Positions 1 through 11,680 are shown, counted from the stretch's first letter. The stretch is 30,390 bases of DNA from Vitrella brassicaformis CCMP3155 (GCA_001179505.1 CDMY01000689.1:1-30390), one strand, 5' to 3'. The notes: a model not told the origin generated them from the sequence alone. Numbers and translations are program-made.

Positions 1-2001
1 CAGGTGTGTGGGTGGGTGGGTGGCTTACAGGTGGTCGGCCGACAGGCGAGCAGGCGCACTCTGATCCATAGATCCATGGAGAGATGGATTGACATTGATT
101 GACACAGTTCATAGACACATGTCAGGTGTGTGTGTGTGTGTGTGTTGTGGTTGCGGCTGGCTTACGTCGAGTGTGTCGATTTCCTTGGCGATTTGTTTTA
201 TCTCTTTGTTGATTTGGTGTCTCTTCTCGGCGAGTTCCGCCCTGACGGCTGCCACCTCCCTCTCTGTCTCGACGGCCTCCTTGCGCAGCTTGAGCTGACC
301 CTCCAGCTTTGCACTCTCCCTGGTGCCCTCGGCCGCCGCCAACTCGCGCTGATCCACCGATCCATCCAATCAGAACACACACACACAGAGAGGGATTGGC
401 TGCAGAAGTATATGGAGTGGCGTACGTTGAGGAGTTCCTTCTGTTTGTTGACGGCCGTCTCCTGTTGGATGACGTCCGTGTCGGCCGCCACACCCACACG
501 CTCGCCAGACACACGAGCCTGGTCAGACAAACACACACACACCACACTGATCCATGTGTGTGCGCCCATCCCGTCTGTGTGTGTGTCGATTTGTGTGCCT
601 GGAGCTGTTTGAGTTGGTCGTGCATGGCCTTCTCGTCGGCGACCACCTGCACCGACTTGGCCACCAGACTGACCAGCGCCGCCTGCTGCTCGCGGATCTC
701 GTCGGCATCGATCAGCTCGCCGCTCTCCATGGCTTTGCCCAGCTCGTGGGCGCCGATCGAGGCCGACCGCAGCAGCCGACTCGACGCCAGCAGCCCCGCA
801 CTCTCCAGCTCGCTCGACGCCCGCAACAAGTCACGAGCCACCTCGTGCTGACCGACACACATGGATGTCGGTGCCTTGTGTTGTTGTGGTGCCTCCCTCC
901 CTCCCTCCCTCCCTGTCTGTCTGCCTGTCTGTCTGCCTGTCTGTCTGTCTCACTGCTCACTTGTATCTCTCCGGCCTTTCTGGGTTTGCCTTGCGCGACA
1001 AGCGAGTCGACGGCCGACTGGACGAGCGAGGCGGCCTGTCGGTGGTAGGCGGCGGCCGTGACGTGGTCGCCAAGGTGAGAGGCGTGTGTGGCCTTGATTG
1101 ACAGGGAAATGGCGTCGAGGGCGAGTGTGGGGCCGACCGCCGCCGACGAGAGCACCGGGGCGGCCTCGAGCAGACGCGCCGACATCTCACTGTACGTCGC
1201 CGCATCTGTTTGTATGTGTTTGTGTGAACACACACACACAGAGAGAGGGTGGAGGGAGGTGGCCAGTGTGTCTGTCTCTTGTGTTGTGTTGTGTGCCTGA
1301 TGTCTGTGTGTGGGCGCTGTCGGGGTCGTCGACGGCCGCGAAGCGCGAAGCCAACATGTCACACAATGACGACGCCTCTATGGATGGAAAGGAGACACAC
1401 ACACACACACACATAGAGAGAGAGAGAGATCGACAGCTCTGTGTGTGTGTCTCTATTGTGTGTGTGTGTGTGTGTGTGTGACCTTTGAAGACGGCGGCGG
1501 CGTCGGTGGCGCTTCGCTCCTTCACGTAGAGCAGGGCGGCGTGGTTCAGATGATACCTGACACACAATGCAATCACACGACAGCCATCAGACAGATGGAC
1601 AATGAGTGTCCCTCTCTCTCTGTTCATCTGTGTCATGACTGACACACCAACTTACTTGGCGTGGAGGTCTTCGTCGATGGCGGCTTGCAGGTCGCCGGCC
1701 GCGGCCATGTCGTCGGCCTGTCTGGCGAGTTGGAATGCCTTTGCCAGCGCCACCTCGGGCACATCGCCGCTGTCGTATGCGTTGGCCTTTCGCTGTGCCG
1801 CGGCGGCCTTGTTGCGGAATGTGTGCGCGGCGGGTGCGTCGGTGCCGGCGGCCTCGTACGACTGGGCGATGGCGAGGTAATCGCTGACGGCCTGCCGCTG
1901 TGTCTTGGCGGCGGCCTGTGTGAGGCCGTCCAGCGCCTCCTGCACGGCGATGGCCTCGCGCAAAGCACCCGCGTTGTCCAACGATGACACACTCGACGGA
2001 C
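1..2001. repeat. Direct segmental duplication, copy A (partner 22679-24661)
   Basis: Base 1 (caggtgtgtgggtgggtggg) aligns with 22679. Colinear through actcgacggac at 1991-2001 / 24651-24661, with scattered substitutions and microsatellite length differences. Confidence 0.95.
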
Positions 2002-2044
2002 CATACCATCTGAGAGGCAAAACCGACACAAATGGCCGCTCCAT
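1..2044 (-). CDS. Secreted-type helical/coiled-coil protein, copy A: 5'-truncated paralog, 3' end runs off the window
   Basis: Multi-exon. Exons such as SLDNAGALREAIAVQEALDG...DEDLHAK, YHLNHAALLYVKE, HEVARDLLRASSELESAG and RELAAAEGTRESAKLEGQLKLRKE are near-identical to 22679-24661. Similarity stops at about 2001, before the signal-peptide exon of copy B. An in-frame start codon is available at 2044 (MERPFVSVLPLRWYG). Confidence 0.7.
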
Positions 2045-2375
2045 CTGTCTGTGCAGTCAACTAGTTCTTGGTACAGTTGTGCATCGCAGATGGCATGTGT
2101 GACGCTATGTGTGGGTCGACGACAGTAATTAAATAAGGAGCGGTTGACGGGAAAAAAGGCACTCAGTGTCTGTTCACACTCACTCACAGAACGCGTCAGT
2201 CAGCAGCGACTACAAAAAGCCATCGACATGCACACACACAAACACACACACACACACACGTGCACGCTCACAATGGTCCTCTACAACCGCCGCTCCCCTG
2301 CCCCTGCCCCTCCCCCCTCCCTACTCATCAGTCACATCCCATCCCATTCCAAGGTGTGAAGTCACATCGATTCGA

Positions 2376-2856
2376 TCACAGGATTCTCGCATAGTCGTGC
2401 TTGTACCCCCCTCCCAGCCCCATATCCGTCCCCCGCCCTATCACCACCGCGTCAGCCTCGTCGAGGCCAAACTCGTCGTCACCCAGCTCAAACCTGTTGG
2501 CCTTGCCCACCAAGGACGAGTATTTGTAGCTGGTCAGCCGGGGACGGACGAACCGCATCCACACAAACACGCACACGGCCACCACCACCAGCAGCACCAC
2601 AGCCAGCCCGAAGCCGCCTGACGAGGAATGGCCAGATGGGGGGCTCAGCGGGGGAGGCGGGAGGGCGTCTGCTTGGCGGAGAGTGACGTTGCCAAGAGAT
2701 GCCTCGGCGTCTTTGGGAAGCCTGCAGCGATGAAGTCACACAGGCACACGCAACACGCAGGGGTGACCGGCGGGAACGCAACGCAATGCATCGATGTCAT
2801 GCGCGAATCTGGCCTCCTGCGCTTTGTGTGTTGCTTGCTCACTTGGCGAGACTCAT
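2376..2856 (-). CDS. Small single-pass membrane protein (~120 aa), two exons
   Basis: Exon 1 MSLA-AA|gtgagc (phase 2) joins ctgcag|G-CTTCCC at 2721 in frame. Product: MSLAKLPKDAEASLGNVT...GFGLAVVLLVVVAVCVFVWMRFVRPRLTSYKYSSL...ELGDDEFGLDEAD...YARIL*. Hydrophobic helix followed by basic residues. Confidence 0.7.
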
Positions 2857-3066
2857 GATGAGATACGAGCGAAAGATGAAAGCTGACGCTATGCGCGACT
2901 GAATAAAAGGAGCAATGGCTCTGTCGCGCGAGCTCAAGCGCGAGCTTGATCTCTGGAGATTCTGTCTTCCACCGCAAGTGAGGCTGTTCTGGCTCTGCTG
3001 AGGACTGTGGACATGTGAGGAAGGCTGTATCTTGAAAGATCGGACGAAGAACGGTCTCCCGTGGCG

Positions 3067-5098
3067 ATGGCCTTCATCCTCGGCACCTGGGCGCTCGTCC
3101 TCGCCATCCTTTTCGCGTTTGGGGCGGTGTGCATCTCCTCGTACAACATCTTCATGCACCTGGTCAACTACAACCGGCCGCTGATGCAACGATACGTCGT
3201 GAGGATTCTGCTCATCGTGCCCATCTACTCAGGCAAGACAGGCAGACAAGGGCCCTCACGATAGGGGGGGCACAAAGCGGTCTGTTCACTCGTGTGTGTG
3301 TCTGTTGTCTGTCGGTGCCGCCCGCAGTGATGTCGGTCTTGTCGCTATCCTTTCCCCGAGCGCATCTGTATTTCGACACGCTGAGGGACATTTGGGAAGC
3401 GGTTGTCATATACTGCTTCTTGGTGCTCATCCTAGAGGTGAACAAGCCACACACACTCTCACGCTCCCACCCATCCACACACTCACACACAGGTATCCTG
3501 CCTGCTGCCTGGTGCCTGTCGTCTGTCTGACAGTATTGCGGCGGCGAGAGCGGGTGCGTGACGTCCATCAGTCAGTACCCCGGCTCCATCCCCCACATCT
3601 GGCCCCTCTCTATGGTACTGCAGCCAATCGCACTCACAGCCCGGTTCCTCAAGGGCTGCAAGAGGTGGACCCTCCAGTTTGTGGTCATCAAGCCGCTCAT
3701 GGCCCTCGTCAGCCTGATTCTCCACACCCAGAGGCTCTATGACGACCCGGTGTATCAGGTCTTCCTCGTTATTATCTATAACGTGTCGGTGTTTGGGGCG
3801 CTGTATGCCCTGCTGCTGTTCTATTTGGCGACGAGGAGCCACTCGGGGCTGGTGGGGAAGAACGCTATACCGAAGTTCTTGAGCGTCAAGACCATCATCT
3901 TCGCCACCTACTGGCAAGGGCTGCTGATCTCAATCTTGCCTAACATTGCTTCTGACAGGAGACAGGTCAGCCACATAGTGCATAGTGCACATGAGGCCTT
4001 TTCCCCACCCCCCTGTGTTGTCCTGTATGTGACCGACTCCGACAGATGTGGAACAGCTTCATTCTCTGCCTGGAGATGCTGTTCTTCGCCATCCTGCAGC
4101 TGCACGCCTTCCCCGCCAACGAGTTCCGCTCCCCCCCTCCCCGCGCGTCAGGATCCAGCGTCCCCAGCCCACCAGTCGTCCCCATCGGCAAGGCATCGTC
4201 AGCCGCTCTCAGAAACGTCAAGGACGCCGTCAACATGAAGGACGTCGTCAAAGACGCCTACTACAACTTTCACACCAAGTATCGGGCGCATGTGCGGCTG
4301 CAGGAAGAGCATGACAGGCACGAGGCCGACGGCGACTCGCCGCGTCGGCAGCACTCGTCGCACTCACTCTCACCAGAAGAGCCGACCACCGGTGCCGCCT
4401 TCCCGCCCATCAGCGTGAGGTCACCGAGGACGACAGAGTTCGACCTCCTCGACCTGTCAGGGAGGCCGAGCGACCCCCCCACAGCCTCCGCCTTCCCTCC
4501 CCGCCTCTCGCGCTTCGCCAGCACAGAAAGCGCTGGCAGGCCACACAACGACCTGCTCTCCGGCTCTCAGCCGCATGTCGACAACGGCCATCATCATCCC
4601 GTGTCAAATGGCGTCTATCGGCCAGCAACAGCAGCAACCAACGGCTCGCGGCACCATCACAGGAGTGGTGGTGGTGGTGCTGGTGGTCTGCCGCTGGCAG
4701 AGGACAGTCCGCCTACTGTGCGGAGTGCGGAGAGCTTCGAGGACATGGACCTCAGCGCCGTGGTCGACGTCGGCCCCCTCGAAGAGCTCAGGCCGCCATC
4801 GTCCTCAGAGCAACCACGGCGGCAATCGGATGTGCTGCCGGCTATGGGTGCCCCCGGCCCTCTGGTGAGCTCCTTCACCCAGGACCACGAAGACGGACAG
4901 CCAGCAGGACGGCAAAGAGGTGTCATCGACGCCCTGACGAGTGTCTTCTCGCGGCAACGGAGGTCGGCAGGGGAGGCGAGCAGGCGGCTGCAGATCGACA
5001 TGGTCGAGGAGGCCCCTCCCAGGCCGCCCACCCCGCCCACACACACTATGCGGCGCACTCTGTCTGCTGGGAAGGACCTCGACAGCGTGTTTGCCTGA
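3067..5098 (+). CDS. TMEM184: TMEM184/OST-alpha (Solute_trans_a) family multi-pass membrane protein with long disordered C-tail
   Basis: Exons 3067-3232, 3328-3437, 3534-3965, 4046-5098 join in frame. Family motifs QRYVVRILLIVPIYSVMS, YFDTLRDIWEAVVIYCF, CKRWTLQFVVIKPL, PKFLSVKTIIFATYWQG, FILCLEMLFFAILQLHAFP. The first intron is GC-AG. Confidence 0.92.
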
Positions 5099-5703
5099 GT
5101 AATGAAGAGAGAGGGAGGAAAGGGGGGGGAGGGGGCCGGCGCTTTTGGGGCAGGGCAACGTGTTGAGGGCAACCCAATTGAGTGTGTGCGTGTTGGTGCA
5201 ATGAATGGTGTTGGTTGAGCCTTTTCCCTTCTTCCTTTCCTCGATCGACTCAGCTTTTTCCTCTGTTGGTTGGTCCCTTCCTTTATCGTAGGTGTGTGGG
5301 CACTGTGGGGTGTGCAGCCGTGGGGGTCAGTCTGTTTGGGGGGCTCTCTCGCTGAGAATGCACGGCGGATGGACACACACGGTGTGCGGTGCGTGGATGT
5401 GTGTGTGGATGTGCATGTGTGTGCGCGGCGTGCAGCTTTTTTTGAACATGTGCTGTGTGGTGGATGGTCGGTTGCGTGTATAGGCTCGTAGCAGCTGTGA
5501 TGACCGACAAGAAGCCAGGCAGACAGACAGGCGGACAGGCGGACAGACCTGCACTGATGAGTGCATTCAGTTATTCAGTCAGTTAGTCATTGACAACAAC
5601 CAATCGCCGAAGTCTCACTTCCCCACACCCCCAACTCACACACAGAGAGAGCTATCTCACAATGGCTGCATTTGCACAGTCCACAGGACCCCACCAACCC
5701 TCC

Positions 5704-6952
5704 CTATGACGACACCAGCAGCCCCTCCAGCCCATAACGAGCCAGCAGCGGCCGGACTACAGACGCAGAGATGGGGAACCGATCAGCCACGCCACTCATG
5801 CCGCCCACCTCCCTCTCTGTTGTGCACAGAGCGATCCGCGTGCCGAAGAGCATCAGGTACACAGCCATTTTGTCGGCAACCCCCTGGCCCATCAGCAGGA
5901 TGATCCTCCTGGTCTCTTTTCCGTCTGATGATTGGAAGCGCAGCACCGTCGCGCCACGCATCGCTGCCTCGCTGTCTGTGCGGAGGGCGTGGTACTTCTG
6001 ATCCTCCCAGTTGACGTGGTACAACAAGGTCACCTCCCGCTCGTTGACGCCCTCCTGAATACACACACACACATAGATGGGTGGGAGTCCACTCACTGCG
6101 TCTCATGGCTTGTGTGGTGTCTGTCGTGGGACGTACCTGATGGTACCATGTCGTCAGAACAATGGTCTTCATGAACGCAGAGAACGAAGGGTACAGCAGC
6201 GACCGGCACCGAATCACCGGGTCATCCGCACTGTAGCCGCTCAGATACGGATGCCCCTCGGGCAGATCCTCCCGCGCCACCGTCTCCAAGCCCTCCCCCC
6301 TCACCATGAACCGCTGCCTCGGCCCCTTCTGCCCCTCCCACTCCTTCTCAACGGCCAAGCTCTTGCCCTTGAAGGCCAGATGGTGACCAAACGCGCAGTA
6401 CTGGGCGATGGCCCCCGGGAGGCGGTGGTAGGCCGACTTGCTGGGCAGATGCCGGTCCACCCACCCTGGGGTGATGATAAGGGGCAGCCTGACCTCGTTG
6501 AGCAGACGGTAGATGATGGCCAGCCGCAGGAATCCCGCCAGGTCGCCCACGATGCTCTCCAGGACGTATGCGCATCGGGTGAGGTAGTGCAGGCGCGACA
6601 TGCCGGCAGTGAGGCCGGCAGGTTGAGGACTGCGATCCACGTCCACCAGCCCGATCAGCGAGTGGACCGTCAGAGCACTGTCGATGCGGCGCAGCACAAA
6701 GGGGACGTTGACGAGAGGCGGGCCTAAGACAGTGCTGGTGGCCCTCCCCAGCGCCACGGCCTTGTCGACATCCAGAAAGGTGAAGAAAGCATGGACGTAC
6801 ACGTCAGGAGGGACCCTCATCTCCTGCAGCCGCATCTCTTGGTGCTCGCCGGGGGATTCATCATTCGTCATGTGGTCCTTCTCTGGGACAGGCGGGAGGG
6901 GCTGTGTTCGTCGGGAAGGGGAAGGGGAAGAGGGTGCTTGTGGCTGCTGCAT
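5704..6952 (-). CDS. Lineage-specific hypothetical protein with N-terminal F-box-like motif, two exons
   Basis: Long open exon ends WYHQ|gtacgt (6137) and splices in phase 0 to attcag|GAGGGC (6054), stop at 5704. The start is uncertain (ATG 6952 or 7081; the ORF is open to 7351). The motif VPPDVYVHAFFTFLDVDKAVAL resembles an F-box. Confidence 0.75.
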
Positions 6953-7256
6953 GTGGTTGTGGTTGCGGGTGGATGTGCCTGAGCGGTGCGACAAGTAGCG
7001 GTTGAGCGTGGTTGTGCAGAGCGCCTCAGGTCCGAGCGGCTCCATGGGTGAAGACGGATGCAGACGAGTCAACTTGGACATCTTGGTTCTGGTCTTGTGG
7101 TCAAAGCAGCGGTTTTCTTCCAACGCCGCGATCCGCTTGCGAGCTTCGCTCAGAGGGGCGGAGGCACAGAGATCAATTGAGCGAGATAGCGGAATAGCGG
7201 ACGTGCACAACCCCACACAAATACGGCAGCTCTTATTCATCCAGTTGCGACTCGCA

Positions 7257-9681
7257 ATGGCTGAGTCGTCCACGTCGTCTGGTGGCGTGTTCTCGTCATG
7301 CAATCTGTATTTCGTCAATCGGGGCGCCTTGAGTCTCTCCCGCATCAACACGATGAGTCAGCGCGTGAGGGAGAAGGGCGGGCAGGTCATCGAGGACATC
7401 ACCAGCACAGTCATCGACGAGCAAGGCCGGGAGGAGAAGGAACTCCACCCGGCTATCACACACATCGTCGTGGCCAACACCCTAAGCAGAAAGGTGCGCT
7501 GAATGAATGATTGCGGATTGTATCTCTGTGTGTGGCTGCCAACTGTGTTATGCACTGTATGGGCGTTCAGGTGTTCCTTCGTTTTCTCCAGGCCAGTTCC
7601 CTGACAGAGGAGTCCATCAGCGCTGGTCGGGCGAAGGTGCTGCATGACGAGTGGGTGACCAAGTCATCTGGGACGGGCAAACGACAAAACGATGAAGGTG
7701 GGCAGATCCCATAGAAAGAATGAATCTGCACCTGCAACCCCCCGTCTGCACGCCTTTCTGTGTGTGTGTGTTCAGCCTACCTGTATCAGTTCAACGAGAG
7801 CGCGCCAGGCGCGCCCTCGTCCGCCTCTGCATCTGCTGCCGCATCATCGCAGGCACAGCGCAGCAGACCGCGGGCTTTGATGTCTGCGAAGGAAGAGGAC
7901 GAGCCTGCGAAGAAAAAGGTGAAGCACCAGGCAGATGCCAAACCTCCCATCTCTCCCATCTCACATGCGGTTTGCGGATGGCTCCAGGCGCGGACTGGTG
8001 GCGGGGCGGAGAGCGCCTCTGCATCTGCTGCCGCATCATCGCCGGCTTTGAAAGTCCTCACCTGGTGACCACACACGACACATGACTGACATGCATCGCA
8101 TCGCATTGCATTGCATGGTGCGCTGTATATGGGTGGTGTCTTGTGTGTTGCAGGAACATCGACGTTGACATCGACGAGGAGCGGCTGAAGGCACTGGTCG
8201 CGCTGATTCGGAAGGAAAAGCCGGACATCGTGTGTCTGCAGGAAGTCACACCTGACAGGGCGGTAAGGGCCACTCTCTGTGTGCGCGCGTGGCTGGCTGG
8301 CTGGCTGGCTGGCGGTCTACGCATTTCTGCCTGTATTGTATGCGTGAATTCAGACACACTTGAGTGCGTGGGGCGGCGAGCACTCCCTCGAAGACGAATA
8401 CCATGTCCTCCGCGGTGGCACGAGGGGCGGGAGTACGCCAGCACATGCCATGCAGACACATGACATGACGGCATACGCAGTGAGTCCACTGGCGTCCCTG
8501 CCTGTCTGGCTGCCGGCAGAGTTGACCCTCAACGTGACGTTGGTGTTTAAGCGATCGCTTACTGTCATCGGTGAGCGGGGGAGGGAGGGAGGGTGGCTGG
8601 GACGGAAGGCGGCAATTGGACCAGTGATGTGCATGTGTCGTGAATGTAGACGGCTCGCTCGATACTCATTGGTACCCGCGCGGGCAGATCGGCAAGAGGG
8701 GCGACGAGAAGCTCCGGTCAGTCAGTCAGTTATGCCAGGGATGAAGACAGACAGCCAAAGGGATCACGCCCAGCTGGTTTCTGTGTGGGTGCAGGCACCT
8801 CTGCCATGTGCGGGTGAGGCCGGTTGACGGCACCAGTGGCGGCACGGAGCTGCTGCTGTGCAACACACACCTCGACAGCGGCAGCCCCAGCAATGAGTGA
8901 GTGAGTGAGTCAACCACACACCAGCCGAGCCGACCCCAGCACCCACACTGCAGTCAATGCACCTGCAGCAACCAGTTCCGGCGAGAGCAGCTGAAGGACC
9001 TTGGCCAGACCATCATCAAGTGAGATGAGCAGCCAGGAGAGGATGGATGTATTTGATGTATTTCACCTGGCTCTCTTGTCTGTCTGCTCACGCCTGGCTC
9101 TTTTGTCTGTGTACGCGTTAAATGGCTGGATGACCGCTCGAAGTTTCCCGATCTCGGGTCCGTTATCATGGCCGGGGACCTCAACATTCGCAAAGAGGAA
9201 GAATCAGGTGTCTGTGTGTGTGAGCGACACAGACACATACACACAACATGACACACGTGGCATGCGCGTCTGTGTTGCTGTGTCTGCCTTGCGGTACATG
9301 CAGAGCTGCCTTGCGGTACATGCCTGTCGGATGTGTACTCGCAGCTGCGCTGCCCAAAGAAGTGCCGCTACACCTGGGAGCCGTCCAAGAACGTCAACAT
9401 AGAGGACTGGATCGACGAGGAAAACATCCAGAAAAAACTGTGGCCGTAAGCAAGCTAAGCACTGCACACCCACCTCCACCGTCCGGATGGATGGATGGAT
9501 GCTGTGTGTGTGTCGGCCAGCCATCGATCGGTTCGATCGTGTCTATGTGGCCAGTCGTGATAGGTGTCAGCGGCCGTTGGAGCCAGAGCGGATGGAGCTG
9601 GTGGGCCGCGAGAAGCTGCCCAGTGGCCGGCACGTGTCGGACCACTGGGGCGTCATGGTGCGATTCAAGTGGGGCTATTGA
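7257..9681 (+). CDS. TDP2: BRCT-domain + EEP-family phosphodiesterase, TDP2-like (about 11 exons)
   Basis: BRCT-like N-terminus (GGQV...ITHIVV...KVLHDEWVTKS). EEP motifs across spliced exons: LKVLTW|NID, DIVCLQEV, CNTHLDS, IMAGDLN, KCRYTWEPSKN, RFDRVYV, SDHWGV, matching the known TDP2 motif order. Two junctions do not close canonically (see findings). Confidence 0.85.
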
Positions 9682-10582
9682 TTGGGGATCAAATCGCTTT
9701 TCGTGTGTGTGTAGACACGGACAAGTGTGCGTTAGTTATGTGACATATCTCCATGCACCTACTGCCTGTCCGGCTCTCTATTGACATGCACACGTCTTAG
9801 ATATCTTTTGTGCGCAGTCAGCCGCACAAGACGACCACATTATGACGACACAGTTCACGACGGGTGCATTCACTCACTCACCCATTTGCCAAAGCGCCAC
9901 ACTCACCCACCACACTGCTAACTACACATCACGGCACCGTCAACAAACGGCCCTCTCTTCGTTCCCTATCCCGCCCGCCTGTGTTATCTGCTGCACTTTG
10001 CACACACTAACCATTATTCACTCATGACTTCGCATCATCTCCGCATGCGACTGGAAACACGCAACCACGACAAGAATTCAGGCAGGCAGACAAGCAGGCA
10101 GAGAAGTCAGGCAGCTAGGGTACAACACACATCAGATACGCACACACAGACGCGGAAGACGTGCCAGTTCGCTCCTGTTATTGATCGTCTCATGCCTGCA
10201 AAACACCACACCACCGCGGTCACAGCACCGAGGTGACAGCCACGGTGGCTGCAATCCACGCACACATGATCCATAAGTACACACATACACGGGTTCACAC
10301 ATTTCTGAAGGCCTTTGCATTGATGGGACTGGGGATCGAAGCATGTGACGGCGAAAACCTCATGCTGTGTCTCCTTCAGCCTGTGTTGATCTGCGTGCGT
10401 GTTTCGTGGACACACACAGACCGATAGAGCTATAATGTTTTCTGCCAATCTCGGCATCACGAGACAGTCACCCAGAAGGGCATGAAGTCAGTTCGTCTGC
10501 ACGTGCACGGCGGGGCGCACACTGACAGATACGAAGAGCAGAGCGGTTAACCGCTTCACTGTAATCGCGTCTCTGTCTGCTG

Positions 10583-10645
10583 TCCATGGTCGATCTTAAA
10601 AGAGCCAATCGGGATATAAAATGTAGACAGCGATTCCAAGGGAAA
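10583..10645. repeat. Dispersed ~55-65 bp non-coding element, copy 1
   Basis: tccatggtcgatcttaaaagagccaatcgggatataaaatgtagacagcgat aligns to 12824-12876 with 5 substitutions and 1 indel over about 53 nt. Confidence 0.85.
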
Positions 10646-11604
10646 CGCCTTCCTCCTTCCACACACACACACATACACACAGAGAGAGAGAGAGAGAAAG
10701 AGATGCAGACACAGATGGGGAACGGGTTTGTGGGTGCGTACGTGGGGTCCTTTGAGGACGGCTTCATTTTCCTCGACCATCTCCGTCTCTTTTTGGCCGC
10801 CCCAACCCCCCCAGACGGGCGGCGGGATCTTGATGAGCACCGCCTCCTCTGGCTGGCTGCCCGATTGACGGCAACCGCCGATACGCCAAGCCGCTGCCGT
10901 CAATCAAGTACCAGTGGTTGGCTTCTCTCCGACCTTTGCGGCGTGTCCCGCTGACGGCATCATCCGCCGAGAGATGCAGCGGCGGCTGAATGCGCAGATG
11001 CTGTTTCGGCTGTAGCTGGATCGGGACAGCCGAACAGCTGGTGTATGGCGGCGACGTCGCTGAGTCTGTTGAGGCCGAAGGGCAGTGTCCAGTCCCAAGA
11101 TGCCCGCACACACCAGAGGATGAGAGGACGTCCGTCTGTGGTCACTCTTCCGTGTTGTCTCACCGCGATCATGACGTCTGACGGTTGGTACGTGTGACAT
11201 CTCACTCCCTCTCCACCCGTCTCGAGGTGCTGATGACAGACCTGCACAACACACACACGGATTCATCATGCTGCTCTCGAGCAGACGAGTGCTGTTGGTG
11301 TGTGTCGTGCTGACCTGTTGGCTGTCTCCCCTTCGCCTCTCTGGTCTTCTGGCGGCTTTCTAGTGAGCCTCTCTCGCTCTCTTCGCCTTCTAGTGGGCAC
11401 TGCAGACAGACAGACCACAGAGGGGCGGGGGACAATCCACGCAGTCATCTCACACACTCACACTCGGGCAGACCAGCCAGCCAGCCACACGACCAGACAC
11501 ACACACGACACTCAGACCCTCTCGCACTCAGCCATATTATAGAAATGACGACAAGAAACTGACTAGAGTGCGGGCATGCACGTGTGCGGCCGGCATCGCC
11601 GCTC

Positions 11605-11680
11605 TCTCTCTCTCTCTCTCTCTCGCCATCCACACACACAGACACACACAGACACACACAGACACACACACACACAGACA
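11605..11680. repeat. Compound (CT)n/(CA)n/(CAGA) microsatellite
   Basis: Directly visible: ctctctctctctctctctc followed by cacacacacagacacacacagacacac. Confidence 0.9.

Noticed and set aside
6953-7351. 5' extension of the 522-aa minus ORF
   Set aside because: It overlaps exon 1 of BRCT-TDP2 antisense and reads like promoter/UTR sequence; a downstream ATG is more plausible.
7257-9681. EEP domain as a LINE retrotransposon endonuclease
   Set aside because: The gene is intron-rich, has TDP2-specific motifs (YTW, RFDR, SDHWG) and has no downstream reverse transcriptase.
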